From IMG/VR virus record IMGVR_UViG_3300044724_006620, positions 1 through 25,864 of that record: DNA of 25,864 nt; one strand, 5' to 3'. Shown here one piece after another: positions 6,528 to 14,658 of the stretch. The DNA is from a virus (Duplodnaviria; Caudoviricetes). Each line of letters opens with the position of its first letter. Position 1 is the first letter of the stretch. Below the pieces are notes generated by a model that worked only from the letters and a program-made list of their open reading frames with translations, had not been told where the DNA came from and searched no databases. A program made the position numbers and the translations under genes.

Positions 6528-6823
6528 GGAACTCCGTACCCGGCTGCGATCAGTGAATCCGCCGCCAGGTGCGCAACCGGCTTAGCATCGTCGGCGAGGA
6601 GGTCGCTACCAGCTCGAGCAATCCGAGCCGCTGCGAGCGCGTCTGCGGCTGCCTCTGAGAGCACGATCATCACAACCGCGCGCCCGTCCTCGAGGACGCC
6701 AGCGGAAGCGCCGCCGCCGTTGTAGGTGCTCTGCGGCATCGTGTGCGTGATGCGCGAGACGTCCTCGGGGAGCTGGACGCCCTCCGCGGCGAGCTCGTGG
6801 ATCACTCGTGGGCGGTAGCTCAT
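6524..6823 (-). CDS. Small hypothetical protein (99 aa), possible appendage chaperone
   Basis: ATGA-coupled to the upstream MARSP protein; weak similarity to 7930-8145. Confidence 0.65.
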   Translation of the reverse strand: MSYRPRVIHELAAEGVQLPEDVSRITHTMPQSTYNGGGASAGVLEDGRAVVMIVLSEAAADALAAARIARAGSDLLADDAKPVAHLAADSLIAAGYGVP

Positions 6824-7926
6824 GCGTCAAGCTCCAGGATCTCCACGCGATCGATCGTGGCTGCGGAGGATCCACCGCCCGAGTAAATCTGCGTGACGGC
6901 GTAGAGGGATGCAAAGCCGCTCGGACCGGTGTCGATGCTCACCGCCGAGGTGCCCTGCGGAGTGTGAAGCACCGATGCACCGGGCGTCGGAATCGTCGTC
7001 GGCATGCTCGTCGACAGTGTGACGAACGAGTCGCAGAGCCGACCGCGCCAGACAACGAACGTACACACGTAGTCCGCGAGCACGGTGCCGCTCGTTCGGA
7101 GCGTGCCGCCGACGGACTGCGAGCCGCTCTCGGAGCGCATGCCGCGGATCAGGAAGTTAGCCCCCGAGCGGTACTGCTGAATGCCGAACGCGAGGCCCGC
7201 GGTCCGGTGGTTTCCGCCGCTCGAGCACCAAACGCCGACGGTGTCGTTGTTGCTCGCGCCGATCGAGGCATTCCGCACGCGAACGTTGATTAGGTAGACC
7301 TTGTCGAGCGCCGACATGTCCTGCCCATACGTCGCCGGATCCAACTTCCAATAGCTCGCGGCTTCGCTGTTGTTCTGGCTGTTGGAGATCCGGATACCGG
7401 CGTTTGCCGTGCTCGCGACGCATGTACCGTTGGAGGTGTTGACCGTGTCCAGGTAGCCCGAGACGACGCGCGTCGCGGTGTCGGCGCTGTTGCGGACGTT
7501 GGTATCGCCTGCGCCCTTGGTGAAAGTCAGGTCAGTGATATCGCCGTCGGAGAGGTCGATATCCGCAAGTCCAGACCATCCACCAGCCGCCGCGGCTGCG
7601 ACGTCGACCGCATGCACCGCAGTCGCGAGCACGTTGCCGGAGCTGTCGAGCGCGTCGAGCTCGAGCGCGAACGAGTCGCCGTCGGTGCTGCCGCTGAACG
7701 TGTAGGGACCGAGCCCGGAGCCGGAGACGGTCGTCGAGCCTACGGCGTTGGTGACGTTCGCCGAGTAGCTCGAGATCCTCAAGCCCGTGTCGGTGAACGC
7801 GGAAAACGTCTTAGCCGTCGGAGAGCCACCGGCAGAGACGGCCTCGAAGGTAGACGCGGGAGGCTCGACAGGCGCGACGGCGCCGCCGCTGGTCGTCGTG
7901 CCGGTGACGGTCGGAGAGCGTGCCAT
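6820..7926 (-). CDS. Putative virion appendage or receptor-binding protein (Ig-like + lectin-like beta domains)
   Basis: Ser/Thr/Gly-rich beta-strand composition; AAAAAGG linker separating two domains; located between tail tip and lysis genes. Confidence 0.65.
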   Translation of the reverse strand: MARSPTVTGTTTSGGAVAPVEPPASTFEAVSAGGSPTAKTFSAFTDTGLRISSYSANVTNAVGSTTVSGSGLGPYTFSGSTDGDSFALELDALDSSGNVLATAVHAVDVAAAAAGGWSGLADIDLSDGDITDLTFTKGAGDTNVRNSADTATRVVSGYLDTVNTSNGTCVASTANAGIRISNSQNNSEAASYWKLDPATYGQDMSALDKVYLINVRVRNASIGASNNDTVGVWCSSGGNHRTAGLAFGIQQYRSGANFLIRGMRSESGSQSVGGTLRTSGTVLADYVCTFVVWRGRLCDSFVTLSTSMPTTIPTPGASVLHTPQGTSAVSIDTGPSGFASLYAVTQIYSGGGSSAATIDRVEILELDA

Positions 7927-7929
7927 CGG

Positions 7930-8145
7930 TCAACCCTCGGGGCTGGTCGCGAGGAGCTCCACGACGTCGTAGAGCCCGAGCGACTGGAGATGCGAAGCGA
8001 GCACGGGCGTCTGACCGGCTGCGATACGGGCGAGAACGTCTGCCTTGACCGTCTGCCAGGTAGCCGCATCCCACGCGGAGCGGACGAGGAGGACCTCCGT
8101 CTCGCCTTGGATCGCCGGTGTGGCGTCGATATCGTCGCGCGTCAT
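7930..8145 (-). CDS. Small hypothetical protein (71 aa), possible appendage chaperone
   Basis: ATGA-coupled to the upstream MARSP protein. Confidence 0.65.
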   Translation of the reverse strand: MTRDDIDATPAIQGETEVLLVRSAWDAATWQTVKADVLARIAAGQTPVLASHLQSLGLYDVVELLATSPEG

Positions 8146-8897
8146 GGTGCGTTTCCTGCCGGTCCGATCGGCGTCCGGATCACCCGGTAGAACACCGAGA
8201 AAGCGTTAGTCGCGCCCGCAGAGATCACCCGAGTATCCGGAGCGCCCATCGAGAGCTGGAGGTAAACGGTGCCCGTGTAGTTAGTCAGGCTGCGGTTGTT
8301 AAACCCGGTGTGCGTCCCGTCGGAGCGCAGCGCCCATGCGAAGGACTGCGCGCCCTTGCCGAACGCAAACGCACTCCGGTAGTACCCGAACCGGTTGTCG
8401 GCGTTGAGCGCGGTGAGCGGCGACGCGTTCGTCCGAATCTGCCCGATGTAAACGTAGTTGCTCGCGTGATCCGGCGAGAACCAGAGGCCGGCGAAATTGG
8501 CGGTAATCGTGCTCGTCGAGGTCGGAACGGACGAGATCCCGAGCGCGAACTGCGTCCGGGCGCTGCCGAGGACTGGCGGAGTGTCGACCCACGCCTCGAT
8601 GGTCCAGCCGTCGTCCGCGAGGTCGACTGCGGTGCCGTCCGGGTAGGTGAGAGCCTTGTAGTAGCGGAGCCCGCCGAACGTCGAGCCGTCGATAGCGTCG
8701 CTCGAGGTGCCGGTAAAGCCGTTCCACGTCACTGTCGTCTCGTTGCCCGAGACCGCGACCGAGGAGACGCGCCCGTTTCCGTCTGGATCCGAGGACGTCC
8801 AGCTCCCGTCGGTGACGTCTACGAGCTCCCAATCCGGGAGCGCTGCCGCGGCGCTGCTACCGCCGCCGCCGCCCGCGATGGAAGGGGAGCGCGCCAC
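8142..8897 (-). CDS. Putative virion appendage or receptor-binding protein (lectin-like beta sandwich)
   Basis: MARSP start, Gly linker, aromatic beta-rich body; AGGAG RBS and GTG start. Confidence 0.65.
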   Translation of the reverse strand: MARSPSIAGGGGGSSAAAALPDWELVDVTDGSWTSSDPDGNGRVSSVAVSGNETTVTWNGFTGTSSDAIDGSTFGGLRYYKALTYPDGTAVDLADDGWTIEAWVDTPPVLGSARTQFALGISSVPTSTSTITANFAGLWFSPDHASNYVYIGQIRTNASPLTALNADNRFGYYRSAFAFGKGAQSFAWALRSDGTHTGFNNRSLTNYTGTVYLQLSMGAPDTRVISAGATNAFSVFYRVIRTPIGPAGNAP

Positions 8898-8899
8898 CG

Positions 8900-9241
8900 T
8901 TACTCCTGCTCAAGCATGACCTGAGCGAAGCTCGAGGCCGTCGTAGCAGAGACGAAGATCGAACCGCCGCCGGTCTGCCGCCCGGCAGTGACGCGCCAGG
9001 TGAGGCCGGCAGTCGGGACCGGGAGCCAATCGGTACCGATCGATGCGCCGTCGGTGCCGCTCGAGGCGAGCGCGCCGAGCTGGGCGACGTTGGAGCCGTC
9101 GACGACGAACACCGAGACGCGCCGCGCCCACGTCGGGAGGATGATCTCCCGCGCGTTGTTGGCCGTCGCGTCGAGCGTCACACGCTTGGTGAGGAATCCA
9201 ACAGCGGGCAGAGCCTCGCCGCTAAGGTCGGTCGCTGCCAT
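8900..9241 (-). CDS. Small beta-sandwich virion protein (113 aa)
   Basis: GGAGG RBS; alternating beta-strand pattern; first gene after the tail-tip pair. Confidence 0.7.
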   Translation of the reverse strand: MAATDLSGEALPAVGFLTKRVTLDATANNAREIILPTWARRVSVFVVDGSNVAQLGALASSGTDGASIGTDWLPVPTAGLTWRVTAGRQTGGGSIFVSATTASSFAQVMLEQE

Positions 9242-9285
9242 GCTGCCTCCGTTGCCCGAATCCTACCGCGCGCGGAGGCTCTCGG

Positions 9286-11202
9286 CTACCGGGAGACGGG
9301 CTCGTAGAGCGAGAACGTGCCGACGATTGCCGAGGTATCGATCTCGAGCGTCGACAGGTACGCCGGGCCGTCGATGTAGACCTCCGGATCCACCAGGCGC
9401 ACGAGGTCCCCTACCTCGAGCTCGAGGAACTCCGGAGCGAGGCGATACCGGACGGTCCGGATCTGCGCCGCCTGGTACGCAAGCCGCTGGTGTGCGACGT
9501 ACTGCCCGCCCGTCTCGCCTGCCAACCAGGGCGCCTTGATCGTGGTCGTCGTCTGCCCGGCTGCGACGTCTGCCGACTGCACTCGCGAGAGGAGCTGCCC
9601 GACGACGCTCGACTCCTGCGCCAGTCGGGCGCGCTGCCCTTGAAGCATCGTGGTTCCGTCTGCGGTCACGGTGCGGATCGCCTTGCCTGCGTAGTCGCCG
9701 CACTGGACCTCGATCGTGCCGGTGAGGTCGGAGAGGCGCCGCTCGTACTGGATGACACCGACGCGCCAACAATCGAGCCCCGCTCGGAGCGTGCCGATCG
9801 CGTCTGCCGCCGTAGCTCCGAGGTCCGCCGTGATTGCGTAGAGCCCTCGAGGACCGGTGCGGAGACTCATAGGCAGGAGCGGCAGGAGCTCGCGAGAGAC
9901 GAAATCCCAGACGCCTACCCGCTCGTCGATGTAGCCCTCCACGTCGAAGATCGGGAGACGGTCAAGCGCGCTGTACAGCCGAGGCCAGTCAACCGGCAGA
10001 GACGAGCTCGAGAGCGTGAGGTTTAGAAGCTCCTGCACCGTCCGGAGCGGACCGTCCTGCTCGCCGTTGGTGAGCCCGTAGAAGGTGTCGAAGTCGTCAT
10101 GCATCGAGACGAACGAGAATCCGACGCGGTCGCCGAGCGCGCGGTTTGGATCGTTGCTTGTGCTGTTTGTCGAGCTCGCCGGGCTGATGCTTCCGGAGCC
10201 GGTCGTGATCGGAGCGCTCGAGTCGTTGTAGCGGACCTCGGCGCGCGTGTTGAAGTAGTCGTAGAGGTTGACCACCGTACACGTGCGACCGCCGATCACT
10301 TTGTGGAACGGGACAAGGCCGGTGACGTACTGTCCGTCCTGGTTGAAAAGCACCGCAACCGGAGCGTCCTCGGTGCCGCTCGAGGCGCGGAGGATCTGCG
10401 TACCGTCGCCGCCGTATGCGCCCGCCTGCGTCGCATGTCCGCAGAGAATAAGCGCCGCCGGGAACGCGCCCGCCGGGTTTCCGAACCGCGTTACGCCGTT
10501 GTTTTCGAAGATCGAACCGTATTTGACCTCGGTAAACGCGCCGGGCCTCGTCCGCTCCCAAACGTCGGCGGCCTGTGTCGCGTAGACGCTGCCGCCGGTC
10601 GGGTTTGCGCGCCTCGTCTGGTTGAGGTTGCCCGGGTTGCCGATGACCATCGGTGCCACGGTGCCGCGGAGGTCATCGAGCACGCCCTCTCGACCACCGA
10701 CAGAGAGCGCCCCGTGTGGCTGCGACGTAATCGTGAGGTCATACTCGGTCGGGCTCGTGAGCAGGTCTGGCCACGTCCCACGATCGATCCAGGGCGCCGC
10801 CTCGATCGAGAACGTGACGGGCTCGCCCGGTGCGCCGTAGGACGGTTGCTGGACGTTGCCGACGATCAGCACGCGCCGCGACTCGTAGGCGGTGCCCTCG
10901 ATCCAGACCGATAGCTCAGCCTGCGCAGTGTCGAGCCGGAAGCCTGCCGCGACTGCCTCTGCAATGTCGTAAGGCCAGCCGACCGACACAGGGACCGACT
11001 GCCGATCGATGCTTTGCGAGAGATACTGGAACGTCTCCGAGTAGCCCGAGACCGATAGCGTCGGAGTGTGCGCGATCGAACCGCTCGAGGAGCTCGGCGA
11101 GACTGCCGACGTGGAGAAATGGTAGTCAGCGCCGTGGTAGGTCACGCGGAGGAGGAAGTGCCACCGGCGCTGCCGCCCGGACACCGATGCGGGCCACGCC
11201 AT
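9286..11202 (-). CDS. Tail tip or hub protein (638 aa)
   Basis: Second gene after the tape measure; C-terminal LELEVGDLVRL motif typical of hub/tip proteins; TAATG overlap. Confidence 0.7.
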   Translation of the reverse strand: MAWPASVSGRQRRWHFLLRVTYHGADYHFSTSAVSPSSSSGSIAHTPTLSVSGYSETFQYLSQSIDRQSVPVSVGWPYDIAEAVAAGFRLDTAQAELSVWIEGTAYESRRVLIVGNVQQPSYGAPGEPVTFSIEAAPWIDRGTWPDLLTSPTEYDLTITSQPHGALSVGGREGVLDDLRGTVAPMVIGNPGNLNQTRRANPTGGSVYATQAADVWERTRPGAFTEVKYGSIFENNGVTRFGNPAGAFPAALILCGHATQAGAYGGDGTQILRASSGTEDAPVAVLFNQDGQYVTGLVPFHKVIGGRTCTVVNLYDYFNTRAEVRYNDSSAPITTGSGSISPASSTNSTSNDPNRALGDRVGFSFVSMHDDFDTFYGLTNGEQDGPLRTVQELLNLTLSSSSLPVDWPRLYSALDRLPIFDVEGYIDERVGVWDFVSRELLPLLPMSLRTGPRGLYAITADLGATAADAIGTLRAGLDCWRVGVIQYERRLSDLTGTIEVQCGDYAGKAIRTVTADGTTMLQGQRARLAQESSVVGQLLSRVQSADVAAGQTTTTIKAPWLAGETGGQYVAHQRLAYQAAQIRTVRYRLAPEFLELEVGDLVRLVDPEVYIDGPAYLSTLEIDTSAIVGTFSLYEPVSR

Positions 11203-14200
11203 TAAACCTCCTCCTCGATCGTGAGACGCGCCAGGCGCCAGACCTCGTCGGCGTCCTCGTTGCCGAGGATAGACTCAAGCCGCACCGGGCTCGTGATGCG
11301 CCCGTATACCGCGGAGCTCCTCGAGGTGAGGGTCTCGGTATCGGGCGTGCCCTTGGCGACCTTCGGCAGGTACACAACCGGGTGAAGCGGTCCCGAGAGC
11401 AGCTCGAGCACGCCTCGGACGTCGTAGAGCACCGCGCGCGTGTAGGCGATCGGCTCAATCCCTCCGGACGTCGTCGAGAGCATGTAGTCGGCGTCGGAGC
11501 TGTTGCCGTCGACCTGCGTCGAGTCGATACCGTCTGTCCACGCGACTTCGACCGTCCGACGAGGCGGGCCGACCTGGTAGGGCTGCCGCTGGCCTCCTCG
11601 AGCCTGGTTTAGCTCGACATTCCACGCGGTCTCGATGATCCGGCCCCACGAGTAGTCGGTGCCGAACGCGACGAACGGGCCGACGATCGCGGAGCCGATC
11701 GTGAGATAGCCGTCGGGCGTCTGCTGCGCGTCGATGTTGATCCGCAGCCCGCTGTAGCTGTCGGCGTCGCGGACGATGACGGTAGCGGACGTCGGTGCGA
11801 TCTCGCCGCTACCTGATGCCGCTTCGGTGCCGTCGACGCCCTCGAGGACGAGGCGCGGACGCCGTACCGTGCCGCCCGACGCGGTGAGCAGACCGCCTCG
11901 GGTTGCGACGATGCGCCTCCGATGTGCGTTGGAGAGCTTGATCCAGGCGCCGTTGTACTCGCCTTCCGGGATCTGGATCGTCTCTGACGCGCTGGTGAGC
12001 TCGACGACGTTGCCGGTCCGCGTCCACGAGACGCTCTGCTCGAAGTCGAGCGCGGTGACGGTGACCCACGAGCTCGTGCCGGTGTCGTAGCCCTCGAGGG
12101 TTCCGCTAAACCAGTTGATTCCGGCGAGGTGGATGCCCCACGTATCCGAGAGCGGTCCGTTCTCGTCGAGTCCGAGTCGGCTCGGATTGAACGCGAGCGC
12201 GAGAGACTGCGCGCTCGTGTTCGTCGACCGCCATCCGACCGCGGGAGAGGCAAGCACCGACGGGAGCACCCGCTCGCCGCCGTAGCCGTAGGAAAGCGGG
12301 AGGTCGTAGGCGTCGCCAGGTGCCGAGGGACCGTCGACCGCGCGAACGAACGCGCCTGGCTGGAGCTCCGACCACCGGCCCGAGAGCGGAACCGGTGCGA
12401 GCTCGTCCGGGTTAGTTATCGCGGCGCTCGTGAGGAACCGGAGCCCGGTGTGATTGTTGGAAATGACGAAGAAGTCGCGCCAGGTCTGATCGCTTAGACC
12501 GGGACCGTCGGCGCCGAACCGGATGAAATGGAGAGCCGCCGCGCTCGAGGTGAGCGTCGGCGCGACGTCTGCGACCACCGTCCAGAGGTTGTCGGCCTTG
12601 AGCGAGGCCGGGCGACGGTAGAGGACGAGATCGCCCGCCGAGGGTCCGACCTTTGCCGAGAGCTCGAACTCCTGAAACTCGGTCATATCCACCGACTCGG
12701 TAGCTATCGCACTGCCGGCGACGTTGTCGCGGACGGTGACGCCGCCGGTAGAGAACCGGATCGATACGTCGAGGATGTTGCTTCCGTCCCGAACCTTGAG
12801 CTGCACCGCGCACAGATTCGAGAGAGCGGTCCCGGTGTCGCACTTGACCGTCCACCGGAGCCGCACGCCTTCGGTGCCGCTGCCGTCGGGCTGTAGCGTG
12901 TAGCTCTCCGCCTCGCCGGCGCCGGTCTGGATCCGCATTCCGTCGATACCGATCGTGTTCGTCGGCGTGCCGGTGGTTGCTCGAGTCCATCGGACATTGT
13001 CGGGCCGGTGCAGACCGTACCAGCAATGTTCCCAGCCGACCGCGGCGTCCGGGCGGGAGAGTGCCGTCGGGCTCGAGGCGCCGAGTGTCTGCGAATGGTA
13101 GCCGCCGAGCATGAGCACCGAGAGCGAGTCGTCTGCGGTCGTGCCGTCGAGCTTCCAGTTCGTGACGAAAGCGACGCGCCCGCCCTGCGCCGCTGCGACG
13201 AACGCGCGCGGGTAGTCGTTCACGTTGCCGGTTGCGCCGCCACCGTCGAGCGGGTTGGGGCTGCCGCTGTCGACGTCCCAGACCGTCCCGTAGCTGCCCG
13301 AATACATCGAGGAGCCCCACGATCGGAACGTGACACCGTCGGTGCAGACCGCGCACCGGACCTCGCGCCCGCTCGTCCCGTCGTCGGGCCGGCGCCAGTA
13401 GACCGCCATGAGTCCGGAGGTCATCGAGACGAGCGCGCACTCCGGATCGGTGAGCGTGTAGAGCAGAGTCGCGCCGACCTGGTCGACCTCGCCGCCGTCC
13501 GTCTTCGTCGGGCTCGAGGAGTCTGCCGAGCTGGTCTCGGTGAACCGCTGCACCGCAGAGCCGAGCCGGTCGACCTGGATCCCGACTGTGATCGTTGACG
13601 CTGCGAGCCCGTTTGCGTAGTTAGAGTCGCTGACCTGCACTCGCGCGACCTCGAACAGACCATCTCGAGCCCGGACCACCGGAGCGCCGCCGCGGTAGGC
13701 GACGTCGTCGGTGGCGACGAGGCTCGTCGGCTCGTCGACGACGCCGAACGATGCGCCGAGGTCCGAGCTGTGCCACTGGAGCAGAAAGTCACCGACGCGC
13801 CGTCGGTTGGTGTCGTGGTGGACGAGGTGCATCATTAGGAGGACCTGCCCATTCGCGTAGGCAGCTCGACACCGTCGGACGTCCCAGCCAGACGCGCCCG
13901 AGCCGGGCGCCCCTGCGATGTTGATTCCGTCCCGCTGCGTCGACGGATCGATGCTCGTGGAGCCCGAGAGCACCGACCGCGCGTAGGAACTCCACGTCGA
14001 GCCGGCGTCGTCGCTGTAGTAGACGTCGAGGTTGCAGGTCTCGGACGTCCCTGTGCCGCTGTCTTCGGTCCAGAAACCCACGAGAAGCCGCTCCGAGCCG
14101 TCCTCGCGTGGAACACTGATGATCCACGGGTACGGCTCCTGTCCGGTGTAGGGCCGAGCGGCGATGGTAACAGCGCTCGAGACGGCGCCGGTGCCGCTGT

Positions 14201-14657
14201 TGATGGTCCGGGCCTCGATCTGCTGGACGCTTCCGAGCGCGGTGCCGGCCTTCGCATTGACGACGACGACCGTGCCGTCCTGCATGGTGAGCGCGTCCGG
14301 GTCGGTGAAGCTCGCGACGCCTGCGCCGACACCGAGCGCGATGGTCTGTGAGGCTCGGATCGCCACGGGTGCGTCCTGCCCTCGGTAGCTGGTGCCGCTC
14401 TCGCCGTCCTGCTTCCACGCGACGCCGAGGGACTGTCCCGGGAGCCCGCCGGCGATGGTGAGCACGTCGAGCGCCGTCTCTGCGTCGCCGCGGGCCTCAA
14501 GGCGGAGTGAGGTCGTGCTCGAGGTAGACGGTCGCCCGAGCTGCCGCCCGGCCTGCGTTAGACCGGTCGACTCGGATGTCCAGATCGCAGACTCGTCGCG
14601 AAGCCGCGGGTCCTGGATCAGTAGACCGCGGAGGGTGTCCCGGGATGCGTCTGCCAT
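11202..14657 (-). CDS. Large tail protein with Asp-box (BNR) propeller region and probable distal-tail-like C-terminus (1151 aa)
   Basis: Immediately follows the tape measure; Asp-box-like motifs YSDDAGSTW, SSDLGASF and CTDGVTF. Confidence 0.72.
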   Translation of the reverse strand: MADASRDTLRGLLIQDPRLRDESAIWTSESTGLTQAGRQLGRPSTSSTTSLRLEARGDAETALDVLTIAGGLPGQSLGVAWKQDGESGTSYRGQDAPVAIRASQTIALGVGAGVASFTDPDALTMQDGTVVVVNAKAGTALGSVQQIEARTINSGTGAVSSAVTIAARPYTGQEPYPWIISVPREDGSERLLVGFWTEDSGTGTSETCNLDVYYSDDAGSTWSSYARSVLSGSTSIDPSTQRDGINIAGAPGSGASGWDVRRCRAAYANGQVLLMMHLVHHDTNRRRVGDFLLQWHSSDLGASFGVVDEPTSLVATDDVAYRGGAPVVRARDGLFEVARVQVSDSNYANGLAASTITVGIQVDRLGSAVQRFTETSSADSSSPTKTDGGEVDQVGATLLYTLTDPECALVSMTSGLMAVYWRRPDDGTSGREVRCAVCTDGVTFRSWGSSMYSGSYGTVWDVDSGSPNPLDGGGATGNVNDYPRAFVAAAQGGRVAFVTNWKLDGTTADDSLSVLMLGGYHSQTLGASSPTALSRPDAAVGWEHCWYGLHRPDNVRWTRATTGTPTNTIGIDGMRIQTGAGEAESYTLQPDGSGTEGVRLRWTVKCDTGTALSNLCAVQLKVRDGSNILDVSIRFSTGGVTVRDNVAGSAIATESVDMTEFQEFELSAKVGPSAGDLVLYRRPASLKADNLWTVVADVAPTLTSSAAALHFIRFGADGPGLSDQTWRDFFVISNNHTGLRFLTSAAITNPDELAPVPLSGRWSELQPGAFVRAVDGPSAPGDAYDLPLSYGYGGERVLPSVLASPAVGWRSTNTSAQSLALAFNPSRLGLDENGPLSDTWGIHLAGINWFSGTLEGYDTGTSSWVTVTALDFEQSVSWTRTGNVVELTSASETIQIPEGEYNGAWIKLSNAHRRRIVATRGGLLTASGGTVRRPRLVLEGVDGTEAASGSGEIAPTSATVIVRDADSYSGLRINIDAQQTPDGYLTIGSAIVGPFVAFGTDYSWGRIIETAWNVELNQARGGQRQPYQVGPPRRTVEVAWTDGIDSTQVDGNSSDADYMLSTTSGGIEPIAYTRAVLYDVRGVLELLSGPLHPVVYLPKVAKGTPDTETLTSRSSAVYGRITSPVRLESILGNEDADEVWRLARLTIEEEV

Positions 14658-14658
14658 G

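Noticed and set aside
6820-14657. Diversity-generating retroelement or invertible tail-fibre system
   Set aside because: No reverse transcriptase, recombinase, or long near-identical repeat pair was seen in the window; the two MARSP genes share only a few codons.
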